DNA of 63,746 nucleotides from Bacilli bacterium (lineage in GTDB: Bacteria; Bacillota_I; Bacilli_A; RF39; UBA660): assembly GCA_045650425.1 (NCBI GenBank), contig JAZRRD010000083.1, positions 1-63,746 of the forward strand, in the 5' to 3' direction. The position numbers were made by a program, and so were the translations under genes. Positions 45,335-55,389 of the stretch are shown piece by piece. Position 1 is the first letter of the stretch. Each line of letters starts with the position of its first letter. The notes beneath the pieces are model-generated. The model was given only the letters and a program-made list of their open reading frames with translations. It was not told the DNA's origin and ran no database searches.

Positions 45335-46034
45335 TTTAAAAAGTGGTATTGGGTATCAGGATTTTAAAGAACTATTAAAAGAATTAGAAGGTGATGAAGC
45401 TAAAAATACAGAAATTATAATGATGCCTCCTTATCCATATTTAAATATAATAAATAAACCATTAAAAAAAGGGGGGCAAGACATATCAATTTATGAAGAT
45501 AGTCATGCGGTAGGAGAAACTACTGGCAGTATTTTGAAAACGCTGGATGTCGAATATGTTCTTGTAGGGCACAGCGATCGTAGACTAAGAGCAGAGGAAA
45601 ATGAATATGACTTTATCAAAAAAATAAATAATGCCTTAGAAAAAAATATTAAAGTTATTTATTGTATTGGTGAATCAAGAGAAGAAAAATCACGACACAA
45701 AACTTTAATGGTACTTGAAAGAGAAATTGCTAGAGTTTTTAATAAAATAGAAGGTAATCCTGAAAATATAATCATTGCATATGAACCAAGATGGGCAATT
45801 AGTTGTGTAAAAAAATCATTTGATAATGTTAATGTGTCTGAAATTTCGGAAACAATTTCATTTATTAAAAGATTGGTTAAAGATTATTATGATTTAGATA
45901 TTGAAGTATTATATGGCGGAAGTGTTAATGCAGAAAATATTGACCAGTATCGCAATTTAAAAAGTAATGGTTTATTAATTGGTCAAGCAAGTTTAAACGC
46001 TAAATCTATAAAGAGAATTGCTGATAAAATGTAA
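45315..46034 (+). CDS. tpiA: Triosephosphate isomerase homolog, unusually divergent
   Basis: Aligns by eye with TIM landmarks: CNLK (for NWK), VGHSDRR (for GHSERR), CIGES, IAYEPRWAISCV (for AYEPVWAIGTG), YGGSV. ATG at 45315 overlaps the pgk 3' end. Confidence 0.7.
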   Translation: MKKLVCNLKSGIGYQDFKELLKELEGDEAKNTEIIMMPPYPYLNIINKPLKKGGQDISIYEDSHAVGETTGSILKTLDVEYVLVGHSDRRLRAEENEYDFIKKINNALEKNIKVIYCIGESREEKSRHKTLMVLEREIARVFNKIEGNPENIIIAYEPRWAISCVKKSFDNVNVSEISETISFIKRLVKDYYDLDIEVLYGGSVNAENIDQYRNLKSNGLLIGQASLNAKSIKRIADKM

Positions 46035-46051
46035 TTCGACAAAGTTCGTAA
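46035..46051. promoter_or_regulatory. Candidate Spo0A-binding (0A) boxes upstream of spo0A
   Basis: TTCGACA (46035-46041) is the exact reverse complement of the 0A-box consensus TGTCGAA. A second near-copy TTCGTAA lies at 46045-46051. Two TTGACA hexamers (46056, 46076) and a TATAAT (46115-46120) follow. Confidence 0.45.
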
Positions 46052-46158
46052 ATAGTTGACAAAACTTTACTTTCCTTGACAATATATTTTCTAGTATTTT
46101 GTCTTTATTTCTTATATAATGTTTATGCGTGCAGTAAATATGAGAAAAGGGAGAAAAC

Positions 46159-46923
46159 ATGGAAAAGAAAATAAATATTCTAGTTATCGATGATAATGAA
46201 TCGATAATAGAAAACATCGAGAAGTATTTTAGTAGTCACGCAGTAATAAATATTTCAGGGGTAGCAAAAAATGGTAAAGAAGGATTAGAATTAATTTTAA
46301 ATAATCATAAGAAATATGATTTAATCTTAATGGACATTTTAATGCCAGAAGTTGATGGATTACAAATCCTAGATATAATGAAAAATAAAAATATTAATAG
46401 TAAAGTAATAATACTTACAAGTTATAAAAAAGATTATACTGTAAAACAAGTATCTAAATATGGTGTTAGTTATTATATGATGAAACCATTTTCATTAGAA
46501 GCATTAGAAAAAAGAATACTAGAAGTAGTTTTAGAAGACGAAGAACTTTTAAGCGAATTATCTCAAGATGTTCAATTAGCAATTAGTAAATTGCTGCATT
46601 CATTAGGAGTTCCATCTCATATAAAAGGATACCAATATATAAGAGAAAGTATTTATATGATGTATCAAAATCCTGATATGTTAGGTGGTATTACAAAAGA
46701 GATATATCCTGAGATAGCAGACAAATTTGATACTACTGCATCTAGAGTAGAAAGAGCAATAAGACATGCTATTGAAGTTAGTTGGAATAGAGGAGATTAT
46801 GACTTGATGGAAGAAATCTTCGGTCATAGTGTTGATTATGATAGAGCAAAACCAACAAATTCAGAATTTATTGCTACCTTAGCAGATAAACTACGACTAG
46901 ATAAAAATTTATTAGCAGCTTAG
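46159..46923 (+). CDS. spo0A: Sporulation master response regulator Spo0A
   Basis: Receiver domain (VIDDNE...DLILMDILMPEVDG). The C-terminal signature ITKEIYPEIADKFDTTASRVERAIRHAIEVSWNRGD is essentially the canonical Spo0A DNA-binding helix. Confidence 0.95.
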   Translation: MEKKINILVIDDNESIIENIEKYFSSHAVINISGVAKNGKEGLELILNNHKKYDLILMDILMPEVDGLQILDIMKNKNINSKVIILTSYKKDYTVKQVSKYGVSYYMMKPFSLEALEKRILEVVLEDEELLSELSQDVQLAISKLLHSLGVPSHIKGYQYIRESIYMMYQNPDMLGGITKEIYPEIADKFDTTASRVERAIRHAIEVSWNRGDYDLMEEIFGHSVDYDRAKPTNSEFIATLADKLRLDKNLLAA

Positions 46924-47111
46924 GCTGTTTTTATTTGGAATAAAATTAATTTGTGCTTATTTAATTAAAAAATAAAAATAGCAAATAAAAAAATAAGGGG
47001 GATAATGGTTCATTAAATTTATATGAGTCGATACCCGTTGTGTCTCAAAAGCTTTGAAAAAAATTATAGATTATGATAATATTACTTATGTAAATTAAGG
47101 AATGATTGAAA

Positions 47112-48620
47112 ATGAAAAAGATCTTAACAGTTATATTAGATGGTTATGGAATAAGAGAGGAAGAAGCTGGCAATGCAGTTAAGCTTGCGGATACACCTAA
47201 TTTTGATAGAATATGGAATACTTATCCTCATACTACACTTATGGCTTCTGAACAATATGTTGGGTTAAAGGCTGGACAGTTTGGTAACAGCGAAATAGGA
47301 CATAAAACTATAGGTGCCGGAAGATTATTAAAACAAAAACCAGAATTAATGGAAGATTTTACTCAAAATTTAGATGATAATGAAAAATTTCAACAATTTA
47401 TAGAATATCTTAATGAAAATCAAAATAGCTTACATTTAATAGGAATGTTAAGTGATAAAGACGTTCATAGTAATTGTGAAAATTTATTTAGAATAATAGA
47501 TAATTTGAAAACTAAAATCAAAAATAAAGTTTACTACCATATAATTACAGATGGCCGTGATACTGAAATAAATGTAGCGGGCGAATATATAAATAAATTA
47601 GAAAAAAAGATAAAAGAAAGCGGTTTAGGAAGTATAGCTACGATTTGTGGAAGATACTATGCAATGGACAGAAATCAAAATTGGGACAGGACAAAGCTAT
47701 ATGTCGATTTATTAACTAAAGGTATTGGTATATCAGTTATTGATGTAGAAAAAGCTTTACAAAGAAATTATCATGCTAATATCTATGATGAACATTTAAA
47801 ACCGATGGTTGTAGATAAAAATGGTGTTATTAAAAATGGTGATACAATATTTTGGTTAAATTTTAGAGAAGATAGGGCAGTTCAATTACTTAATGCTTTA
47901 ACTAATCCTGGATTTGATAAAACTATGGTAAAAAAATTGCCTGACATCAAAGTGTTCTCTGCATTTCCGTTTGACAAACCTATTAAAACATATAATTTCT
48001 TAGATGCGCCTAAGGTAACTAATCCATTAGGTATATATTTGTCAGAATTAGGCTTGACTCAAGCAAGAGTGGCAGAAACAGAAAAATATGCTCATGTTAC
48101 TTATTTTTTTGATGGTGAATATGAAGGTAAAATAGATAAATGCGATAAATTCTTAATACCTTCTCCAGAAGTTGCAACATATGACCAAATGCCTCAAATG
48201 AGTGCTATTGAAGTGACAAAAAAAACTATAGTATGTTTAGAAAAAGATTACGATTTTGTTTTAGTTAATTATGCTAATCCAGATATGGTGGGACATACTG
48301 GAAATTTAGAGGCTACGATTGAGGCGGTAAATGTTGTAGATATATGTCTGGGTAAACTTTTAGAAGCGGCCGAAGAAAACTTTTATAAGGTAATTGTTTT
48401 ATCAGACCATGGCAATGCTGATATGATGATTGATGATGAGGGTCAACTAGTTACAACTCATACAACAAGTAAAGTTCCATTTATAGTGTGTGATAAAAAT
48501 ATTGAAATTAAAGACGGCGGTGACTTAACAAATGTTGCGCCATCGATTTTAGATTATATGGATATTGCAACGCCTAAAGAAATGCAAGAACAAGAAAGTA
48601 TAATTATAGATGGTGATTAG
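47112..48620 (+). CDS. gpmI: 2,3-bisphosphoglycerate-independent phosphoglycerate mutase
   Basis: ILDGYG, GNSEIGHKTIGAGR, NYANPDMVGHTG, SDHGNAD. ATG at 47112 is preferred over the TTG at 47106. Confidence 0.93.
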   Translation: MKKILTVILDGYGIREEEAGNAVKLADTPNFDRIWNTYPHTTLMASEQYVGLKAGQFGNSEIGHKTIGAGRLLKQKPELMEDFTQNLDDNEKFQQFIEYLNENQNSLHLIGMLSDKDVHSNCENLFRIIDNLKTKIKNKVYYHIITDGRDTEINVAGEYINKLEKKIKESGLGSIATICGRYYAMDRNQNWDRTKLYVDLLTKGIGISVIDVEKALQRNYHANIYDEHLKPMVVDKNGVIKNGDTIFWLNFREDRAVQLLNALTNPGFDKTMVKKLPDIKVFSAFPFDKPIKTYNFLDAPKVTNPLGIYLSELGLTQARVAETEKYAHVTYFFDGEYEGKIDKCDKFLIPSPEVATYDQMPQMSAIEVTKKTIVCLEKDYDFVLVNYANPDMVGHTGNLEATIEAVNVVDICLGKLLEAAEENFYKVIVLSDHGNADMMIDDEGQLVTTHTTSKVPFIVCDKNIEIKDGGDLTNVAPSILDYMDIATPKEMQEQESIIIDGD

Positions 48621-48642
48621 AAGGATTCTCCTTCTTTTTTTT
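48619..48642 (+). terminator. Strong rho-independent terminator after gpmI
   Basis: Perfect 7-bp stem AGAAGGA / TCCTTCT with a 3-nt loop, followed by T8. Confidence 0.85.
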
Positions 48643-48708
48643 GTTAAGTTAAGAAAAATTTCTGTGTAAAGGATATAAAAATAATTTTCAAAAATTGTAA
48701 AATAATTG

Positions 48709-48738
48709 TTGATTTTTGCATATATTCTATGGTAGAAT
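48709..48738 (+). promoter_or_regulatory. Sigma-A promoter with extended -10 for the S10 operon
   Basis: TTGATT (48709-48714), 18-nt spacer, TGgTAGAAT (48730-48738). Confidence 0.6.
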
Positions 48739-48744
48739 TGATTT

Positions 48745-48871
48745 TGTATGACTGCTGAGATGTGCGAGGTTGTCGATACACTAGGTGACGTTGATTGGAA
48801 CGAAAGTTGTGTCGAGTAAATTCGTTGCGGAGCGAGTCTATACTAGATATAGGCGAAAGGAGGACATGAAA
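48745..48871 (+). promoter_or_regulatory. Candidate structured 5' leader of the S10 operon
   Basis: About 125 nt between the promoter and rpsJ that is visibly more G+C-rich than the neighbouring spacers. Possible closing helix GACTGCT (48751-48757) with AGCGAGTC (48831-48838, one bulge). Local hairpin CGTT-GATTGG-AACG. Confidence 0.35.
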
Positions 48872-49180
48872 ATGTCAAAAAGTAAAGTTCGTATTAATTT
48901 GAAAGCATATGACCATAGATTACTAGATGTAGCTTGTGGAAAAATTGTTGAAACAGTTAAGAGAACTGGAGGAGTTGTATCTGGCCCAGTGCCTCTACCT
49001 ACTGAAATTGAAAAAGTTACAGTATTAAGAGCGGTACATAAATACAAAGATGCTAGAGAACAATTTGAAAAACGTACTCACAAAAGATTGATCGATATTA
49101 AAGATCCATCTAAAGAGACTGTTGATGCTTTAACTCATTTAGATATTCCAAGTGGAGTAGACATCGACATTAAATTATAA
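48872..49180 (+). CDS. rpsJ: 30S ribosomal protein S10
   Basis: True start [19 protein letters not shown] at 48872, 7 nt after AAAGGAGGA. The track ORF start at 48785 lies in the leader. Confidence 0.95.
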   Translation: MSKSKVRINLKAYDHRLLDVACGKIVETVKRTGGVVSGPVPLPTEIEKVTVLRAVHKYKDAREQFEKRTHKRLIDIKDPSKETVDALTHLDIPSGVDIDIKL

Positions 49181-49204
49181 TAAAAAGAAAAGGAAGGAAA
49201 TATT

Positions 49205-49945
49205 ATGAAAGGAATCTTAGGACGCAAAGCTGGAATGACACAAGTGTTCACTAAGGAAGGAAAACTTATTCCTGTAACTGTTGTAGAAGTAGAACCAAAT
49301 GTGGTTATGCAAGTTAAAACGGTTGAAAAAGATGGATACAGCGCAATCCAATTAGGCGTATTCGACAAGAAAGAAAAAAATAGCAGTAAACCTTCAATAG
49401 GTCATGCTAAAAAAGCTAACACAACACCTAAGCGCTTCTTAAAAGAAATCAGAGATGTTGAAGGATCTTACAATTTAGGAGATACAGTTAGCGCTAATAT
49501 CTTTGAAGTTGGTGAAGTAGTAGATGTAACTGGAACTTCTAAAGGTAAAGGGTTCGAAGGAACAATTAAGAGACATAACCAATCTCGTGGACCAATGACT
49601 CACGGATCTCGTTATCATAGAGGGCCTGGATCATTGGGTACAATGTTACCAAAAAGAGTTTTGAAAGGTAAAAATCTTCCAGGACATATGGGACATGAAA
49701 CAATCACTATTCAAAATCTAGAAATTATTGAAGCAAACGCTTCAGAAAACTATATTTTGGTAAGCGGAAATATTCCAGGAGCAAAAAATTCATTAGTTTT
49801 AATCAAATCTGCAGTTAAAGGTTCTCGTAAAGCTAATCCAAAAGAAATTATTTCTTATGAAGAAGCTGAAACAGTAGTTGACGAAGTTGTAGAAAATGTT
49901 GAAACTACTGAAGTAGAAACTCAAACTGAAGGAGCTAACGAGTAA
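49205..49945 (+). CDS. rplC: 50S ribosomal protein L3 (with acidic C-terminal extension)
   Basis: [15 protein letters not shown] start. 246 aa, with about 35 extra acidic residues at the C-terminus (...[28 protein letters not shown]). Confidence 0.95.
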   Translation: MKGILGRKAGMTQVFTKEGKLIPVTVVEVEPNVVMQVKTVEKDGYSAIQLGVFDKKEKNSSKPSIGHAKKANTTPKRFLKEIRDVEGSYNLGDTVSANIFEVGEVVDVTGTSKGKGFEGTIKRHNQSRGPMTHGSRYHRGPGSLGTMLPKRVLKGKNLPGHMGHETITIQNLEIIEANASENYILVSGNIPGAKNSLVLIKSAVKGSRKANPKEIISYEEAETVVDEVVENVETTEVETQTEGANE

Positions 49946-49971
49946 TCGTTACTCTATAAGGAGCTAAGAAA

Positions 49972-50595
49972 ATGACAAAAATAAGTGTTAAAAATATTAA
50001 AAATGAAAAAGTTAAAGATTTAACTTTAGCTGATAGCGTTTGGAATATTGAGCCAAATAATGATTGTTTAAAGAAAATGGTTAAATTACAACTTGCTGCT
50101 ACAAGACAAGGTACTGCAAAAACTAAAACTAGAGCAGAAGTTTCTGGTGGAGGAAAAAAACCTTGGAAACAAAAAGGAACTGGTAGAGCAAGAGCGGGAT
50201 CAAACAGAAGTCCAATCTGGCGTGGAGGTGGAGTTGTATTTGGGGTTACTCCAAGAGACTACACTTTCAGCATTAATAAGAAAGAAAGAGAATTAGCACT
50301 TAAAACTGCTTTAACTCTTAAAAACGTTGAAAAAGAATTAGTTGTACTTGATTCTATTAAATTAGAAACGTTAAAAACTAAAGAATTAAAGAGTGTATTA
50401 GAAACTCTTGAATTAAATGGTAAGACTTTATTCGTTACTGCTGAAGATAATGAAAATCTATATATGGCTAGCCGTAACTTAGGGTATGCTTATGTAGTTT
50501 TAGCTAACGAAATCAATTGCTATGATTTAGTAAATGCTGATTACTTAGTATGTGATGAAGCTGCTGTTAAATATATCGAGGAGGTACTTAAATAA
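49972..50595 (+). CDS. rplD: 50S ribosomal protein L4
   Basis: GGGKKPWKQKGTGRARAGSNRSPIWRGGG motif. S10-operon order. Confidence 0.95.
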   Translation: MTKISVKNIKNEKVKDLTLADSVWNIEPNNDCLKKMVKLQLAATRQGTAKTKTRAEVSGGGKKPWKQKGTGRARAGSNRSPIWRGGGVVFGVTPRDYTFSINKKERELALKTALTLKNVEKELVVLDSIKLETLKTKELKSVLETLELNGKTLFVTAEDNENLYMASRNLGYAYVVLANEINCYDLVNADYLVCDEAAVKYIEEVLK

Positions 50596-50870
50596 TGAAA
50601 GATTATACTGATATTATTATTGCTCCAGTAATTACTGAAAAAAGTGCTAGCAATGCTGAAAATAATGTGTATACTTTCAAAGTTGCTAAAAGTGCCACTA
50701 AAACTGAAATTAAATGGGCTATCGAAAAGGCATTTAATGTTTCAGTTGTAAAAGTAAATACTTTAAATACTAAACCAAAAGATAAAAGAGTTGGTAAGTA
50801 TACTGGTAAAACAAAAACTTATAAGAAAGCTATCGTAACATTAAAAGATGGCGAAAATATAGAAATTTAG
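50595..50870 (+). CDS. rplW: 50S ribosomal protein L23
   Basis: 91 aa, IIAPVITEKS...YTFKV. Conserved order. Confidence 0.93.
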   Translation: MKDYTDIIIAPVITEKSASNAENNVYTFKVAKSATKTEIKWAIEKAFNVSVVKVNTLNTKPKDKRVGKYTGKTKTYKKAIVTLKDGENIEI

Positions 50871-50886
50871 TAAGGAGTGAATTGGT

Positions 50887-51714
50887 ATGGCAATTAAAAA
50901 ATATAAACCTACGACAAACGGCCGTAGAGGAATGTCTACATTAGTTAATGAAGAAATTACTACTAGTACTCCTGAAAAATCACTTTTAGTTTCAAAAAGT
51001 AAAAGTGGTGGAAGAAATAATCAAGGTAGAATGACTGTTAGACATATCGGTGGTGGAGCTAAAAGAAAATATCGTCTTATCGACTACAAAAGAAATAAGA
51101 CTGGTATTACTGGAAGAGTTGCTTCAATTGAATATGATCCAAACAGAACTGCAAATATCGCTTTAATTAACTATAAAGACGGTGAAAAAAGATATATTAT
51201 CGCTCCAAAAGGATTAACTGTTGGAATGATTATAGAAAACGGACCTGAGGCTGATATCAAAGTTGGTAATGCATTACCACTTGAAAATATCCCTGTTGGT
51301 ACAACTGTACATTGCATCGAATTAAAACCTGGTAAAGGCGCTGAAATTTGTCGTAGTGCTGGAGCTAGCGCTCAAATACTAGGACGTGAAGGCAAATATG
51401 TAATGTTAAGATTACAATCTGGTGAAACAAGAAAAGTTCTTGGAACTTGTATGGCAACTATTGGTGTAGTTGGAAATGAGGATTATTCACTAGTAAATAT
51501 AGGAAAAGCTGGACGTACTCGTCACATGGGAATCAGACCTACTAATAGAGGATCTGTAATGAACCCTAACGACCATCCACATGGTGGTGGAGAAGGTAGA
51601 GCTCCAATCGGAAGAAAAGGCCCTCTTACTCCTTGGGGTAAACCTGCTCTTGGATACAAAACTAGAAAAAATAAGAAAGCTTCTAACAAACTTATTGTTA
51701 GTAAGAAGAAATAA
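50887..51714 (+). CDS. rplB: 50S ribosomal protein L2
   Basis: [14 protein letters not shown] start. [16 protein letters not shown] motif. Confidence 0.97.
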   Translation: MAIKKYKPTTNGRRGMSTLVNEEITTSTPEKSLLVSKSKSGGRNNQGRMTVRHIGGGAKRKYRLIDYKRNKTGITGRVASIEYDPNRTANIALINYKDGEKRYIIAPKGLTVGMIIENGPEADIKVGNALPLENIPVGTTVHCIELKPGKGAEICRSAGASAQILGREGKYVMLRLQSGETRKVLGTCMATIGVVGNEDYSLVNIGKAGRTRHMGIRPTNRGSVMNPNDHPHGGGEGRAPIGRKGPLTPWGKPALGYKTRKNKKASNKLIVSKKK

Positions 51715-51726
51715 TAGGAGGTTATT

Positions 51727-51990
51727 ATGGCAAGAAGTTTAAAAAAAGGCCCTTATGTATTTGAAAGATTACTTAAGAGAGTTGAAGAATTAAACAAAAA
51801 TAATAAAAAAGAAGTAATAAAAACTTGGTCAAGACGTTCAACAATATATCCTGCATTTGTAGGGCATACATTTGCTGTTCATAACGGAAAAGAATTTATT
51901 CCTGTATATGTAACAGAAGATATGGTTGGACATAAACTAGGTGAGTTCGCACAAACTCGTAAGTTTGGCGGACATGCTGGACAAAAGTAG
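51727..51990 (+). CDS. rpsS: 30S ribosomal protein S19
   Basis: [11 protein letters not shown] start. [23 protein letters not shown]. Confidence 0.96.
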   Translation: MARSLKKGPYVFERLLKRVEELNKNNKKEVIKTWSRRSTIYPAFVGHTFAVHNGKEFIPVYVTEDMVGHKLGEFAQTRKFGGHAGQK

Positions 51991-52001
51991 GAGGTAAATA
52001 G

Positions 52002-52355
52002 ATGGAAGCTTATGCAATACATAAAAGTGCTATCATTGCACCTCGCAAAGCTCGTATGACTATGGACTTAATTAGAGGTAAAGACGTATTCACTGCTGAA
52101 GCAATATTAGAAAATACTAATACTAAAGCAAGTCGTTTAATCTATAAAGTTTTAGAGTCTGCTATAGCTAATGCTGTTAATAACCAAGGAGCAAAAAAAG
52201 AAGATCTAGTTGTATCAGAGTGCTATGTTAATCCAGGTATGGTTTTAAAAAGAATTAAATTCGCTAGCCGTGGAAACGTAGATAGAAGAGATAAAAGAAC
52301 AAGTCACATTACTGTAAAAGTAAGTGATAATAAAAAAGGTAAGGAAGGAGCATAA
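52002..52355 (+). CDS. rplV: 50S ribosomal protein L22
   Basis: 117 aa, APRKARMTMDLIRGK. Conserved order. Confidence 0.94.
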   Translation: MEAYAIHKSAIIAPRKARMTMDLIRGKDVFTAEAILENTNTKASRLIYKVLESAIANAVNNQGAKKEDLVVSECYVNPGMVLKRIKFASRGNVDRRDKRTSHITVKVSDNKKGKEGA

Positions 52356-52358
52356 TTT

Positions 52359-53036
52359 ATGGGACAAAAAGTAAATCCAATAGGATACAGACTTGGAGTT
52401 AATAAAGATTGGCAATCTAAATGGTATGCTGATAAAAACTACGCTGATTTATTAAATAATGATATTAAAATCAGAAAATATTTATCAAAAAACCTAAAAG
52501 AGGCTAGTATTGCTTCAGTTCTTATTGAAAGAAAGAAAAATAGATGTGATATTACAATCAACACTGCTAAACCTGGTGTAATCATCGGACGTGGTGGAGA
52601 AGATATCGAAAAATTAAGAAAGAGCATTGCTAAATTAGTTAACGAAGAAGTATATATCAATATCGTTGAAGTTAAAAATCCTGATTTAAATGCTCAACTA
52701 GTAGCAGATCAAATTGCTGCACAAATTGAAAACCGTGCTCCATTTAGAAGCGCTCAAAAAAGAGCAATCAGAAATACAATGAAAGCTGGAGCTAAGGGAA
52801 TCAAAACTTTAGTATCAGGTCGTTTGGGTGGGGCTGAAATGGCTCGTTCTGAAGGATATACTGAAGGAACAGTTCCATTACATACAATTAGAGCTGATGT
52901 AGATTATGCAACAAGTGAAGCAGATACTACATACGGAAAAATTGGTGTAAAAGTATGGATTTATAAAAGCGAAATTCTTCCTACAAAGAAGAGAATGAAG
53001 GGAGACGATAAAAATGTTGATGCCAAAAAAGACTAA
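52359..53036 (+). CDS. rpsC: 30S ribosomal protein S3
   Basis: [13 protein letters not shown] start. KH domain [12 protein letters not shown]. Confidence 0.96.
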   Translation: MGQKVNPIGYRLGVNKDWQSKWYADKNYADLLNNDIKIRKYLSKNLKEASIASVLIERKKNRCDITINTAKPGVIIGRGGEDIEKLRKSIAKLVNEEVYINIVEVKNPDLNAQLVADQIAAQIENRAPFRSAQKRAIRNTMKAGAKGIKTLVSGRLGGAEMARSEGYTEGTVPLHTIRADVDYATSEADTTYGKIGVKVWIYKSEILPTKKRMKGDDKNVDAKKD

Positions 53037-53451
53037 GTATCGTAAACCTCATAGAATATCATATGATGGTCATGCAAAAGGAAATACTGAATTACATTTT
53101 GGTGAATACGGGTTACAAGCGAAAGAAGGAGCATGGATTACTGCTCGTCAAATCGAAGCTGCTCGTATTGCAATGACTCGTTATATGAAACGTGGTGGAA
53201 AAGTTGTTATTAACATTTTCCCACACTTAGCTTTAACTAAAAAACCTTTAGAAACTCGTCAAGGAAAAGGTAAAGGTAATGTTGAAGAATGGGTAGCTGT
53301 AGTTAAAAAAGGTAAAATCATGTTTGAAATAAGTGGTGTTACTGAAGAAATAGCTCGTGAAGCTTTAAGATTAGCTTCTCATAAGTTACCAATCAAATGT
53401 AAATTTGTAAAAAAAGAAGAAGTAAAGGATGGTGCTACTCATGAAAATTAA
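53014..53451 (+). CDS. rplP: 50S ribosomal protein L16
   Basis: [14 protein letters not shown] start. Overlaps the rpsC 3' end. Confidence 0.95.
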   Translation: MLMPKKTKYRKPHRISYDGHAKGNTELHFGEYGLQAKEGAWITARQIEAARIAMTRYMKRGGKVVINIFPHLALTKKPLETRQGKGKGNVEEWVAVVKKGKIMFEISGVTEEIAREALRLASHKLPIKCKFVKKEEVKDGATHEN

Positions 53452-53659
53452 TGACTTGAGAAAATTATCCGATAAAGAATTAAGCGATAAAATTATCGAA
53501 ACAAAAAGAGAATTATTTGATTTAAGATTAAAACAATCAACTGGAAATTTAGAAAAACCATCAAAGATAAAAGAACTTAGAAAAGACGTTGCTAAAATGA
53601 AAACTATTCTAAGAGAAAGAGAATTAAATGCTGGAGGAAATGACAATGGCAGAAACTAA
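53441..53659 (+). CDS. rpmC: 50S ribosomal protein L29
   Basis: True start [14 protein letters not shown] at 53441. [12 protein letters not shown] motif. Short C-terminal extension overlapping the rpsQ start. Confidence 0.9.
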   Translation: MKINDLRKLSDKELSDKIIETKRELFDLRLKQSTGNLEKPSKIKELRKDVAKMKTILRERELNAGGNDNGRN

Positions 53660-53906
53660 AAAACAAGAATTAGTTGGAAAAGTAATTAGTTCCAAAAACA
53701 ACAAAACAATTACAGTATTAGTTGAAACTTATAAAAAAGATCCAATTTATGGAAAAAGAGTTAAGTATTCTAAAAAGTATACTGCTCATGATGAAAATAA
53801 TACTGCTAAAGAAGGAGATACAGTAAAGATTAGAGCAACTAAACCTTTATCAAAATTAAAAAGATATGAATTAGTTGAAGTATTAATCGAAGCTGTTATT
53901 CTATAG
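53646..53906 (+). CDS. rpsQ: 30S ribosomal protein S17
   Basis: [34 protein letters not shown] at 53646 has the best spacing from GGAGGA. Confidence 0.93.
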   Translation: MAETKKQELVGKVISSKNNKTITVLVETYKKDPIYGKRVKYSKKYTAHDENNTAKEGDTVKIRATKPLSKLKRYELVEVLIEAVIL

Positions 53907-53918
53907 GAGGTACTTTCT

Positions 53919-54287
53919 ATGGTAATGCAAGAATCTAGACTAAAAGTTGCAGATAATTCTGGTGCTCGTGAAGTATTAGTTATTAGATGCGTAGGTGGAA
54001 GTCATAGAAAATATGCTAATATTGGTGATGTTGTTGTTTGTACAGTTAAAAAAGCTATTCCTAATAGTAATATTAAAAAAGGAAAAGTTGTTAAAGCTGT
54101 TATTGTTAGAAGCGTTGAAGGTGTAAGAAGAAAAGATGGTTCTTATATTAAATTCTCAGATAACGCATGTGTTTTAATCAAAGATGATAAGAGTCCTATC
54201 GGAACAAGAGTTCTAGGACCTGTTGCTCGTGAATTAAGAGAAAAAGATTATATGAAGATCGTTTCACTAGCACCAGAGGTATTATAG
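53919..54287 (+). CDS. rplN: 50S ribosomal protein L14
   Basis: [19 protein letters not shown] start. 122 aa. Confidence 0.96.
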   Translation: MVMQESRLKVADNSGAREVLVIRCVGGSHRKYANIGDVVVCTVKKAIPNSNIKKGKVVKAVIVRSVEGVRRKDGSYIKFSDNACVLIKDDKSPIGTRVLGPVARELREKDYMKIVSLAPEVL

Positions 54288-54294
54288 GAGGTCA

Positions 54295-54624
54295 ATGATG
54301 AAAGTTAAAATTGGAGACAACGTAAAAATCCTTGCTGGTAAAGATAGAGGTAAGGAAGGAAAAGTTTTAAAAACTTTAAAGAAAAAAGACAAAGTAGTTG
54401 TTGAAGGAATTAACATTGTTAAAAAACATTCTAAACCTAATAACACAAATGATAAGGGTGGAATTTTCAGTGTTGAGGCTCCTATTCATGTTTCAAATGT
54501 AAAAGTTATTGAAGCTACTAAAACTGCAAAAAAAGCAGAAAAAAAAGAAGAAAAAGTAGAAAAAGTTGAAAAAGAAGCAAAAGCTACTAAAACAACTAAG
54601 ACTACAAAGAAAGCTAGTAAGTAG
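54295..54624 (+). CDS. rplX: 50S ribosomal protein L24 (with Lys-rich C-terminal tail)
   Basis: [22 protein letters not shown] (KOW). The second ATG at 54298 has better Shine-Dalgarno spacing. C-terminal [31 protein letters not shown] tail. Confidence 0.93.
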   Translation: MMKVKIGDNVKILAGKDRGKEGKVLKTLKKKDKVVVEGINIVKKHSKPNNTNDKGGIFSVEAPIHVSNVKVIEATKTAKKAEKKEEKVEKVEKEAKATKTTKTTKKASK

Positions 54625-54632
54625 GTGTTTGT

Positions 54633-55172
54633 ATGAGTAATTTTAAGAAATTATATGAAGAAACTATCGTTCCTGCTTTAACTAAAGATTTCAGCTATAA
54701 AACAAAAATGCAAGTTCCTAAGTTAGAAAAAATAGTTATTAACATGGGAGTTGGAGAAGGATCTAAAGATTCTAAATTTATTGAAGCTGCAGTTAAAGAT
54801 TTGGAAATAATTGCTGGACAAAAACCAGTTGTTACTAAAGCTCGTAAATCAATCGCAGGATTTAAACTTCGTGAAGGTCAAGCTGTTGGTGCTAAGGTTA
54901 CTTTAAGAGGAGAAAATATGTATTATTTCTTCGAAAAACTTGTTAAAGTTGCTTTACCAAGAGTTAGAGATTTTAGAGGTATTTCAAAAACTGCATTTGA
55001 CGGAAAAGGAAATTATACTTTAGGAATTAAAGAACAATTAATTTTCCCAGAAATAGAATATGATAATGTATTAAAGGTTCGTGGAATGGATATTGTATTT
55101 GTTACAAGTGCAAAATCAAATCATGAAGCTGAAGCTCTATTAAGAGCATTTGGCATGCCTTTCAAGAATTAA
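54633..55172 (+). CDS. rplE: 50S ribosomal protein L5
   Basis: 179 aa, [10 protein letters not shown]...RGMDIVFVT. Conserved order. Confidence 0.95.
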   Translation: MSNFKKLYEETIVPALTKDFSYKTKMQVPKLEKIVINMGVGEGSKDSKFIEAAVKDLEIIAGQKPVVTKARKSIAGFKLREGQAVGAKVTLRGENMYYFFEKLVKVALPRVRDFRGISKTAFDGKGNYTLGIKEQLIFPEIEYDNVLKVRGMDIVFVTSAKSNHEAEALLRAFGMPFKN

Positions 55173-55185
55173 GGAGGAATAACGT

Positions 55186-55371
55186 ATGGCAAAGAAAAGT
55201 ATGGTTGTAAAAAACAAAAGAACACCTAAATTTAGTACTAGGGCATACACTCGTTGTGAAAGATGCGGTAGACCTCATGGTGTGCTAAGAAAATATAAAT
55301 TATGTCGTATTTGCTTCAGAGAATTAGCAAATCAAGGACAAATCCCTGGCGTTAAGAAGTCAAGTTGGTAG
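55186..55371 (+). CDS. rpsN: 30S ribosomal protein S14 type Z (zinc-binding)
   Basis: 61 aa with CERCGRPHG...CRICFRE (CxxC...CxxC), ends KKSSW. Confidence 0.95.
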   Translation: MAKKSMVVKNKRTPKFSTRAYTRCERCGRPHGVLRKYKLCRICFRELANQGQIPGVKKSSW

Positions 55372-55389
55372 GAAAGGAGGAATTTTAGA

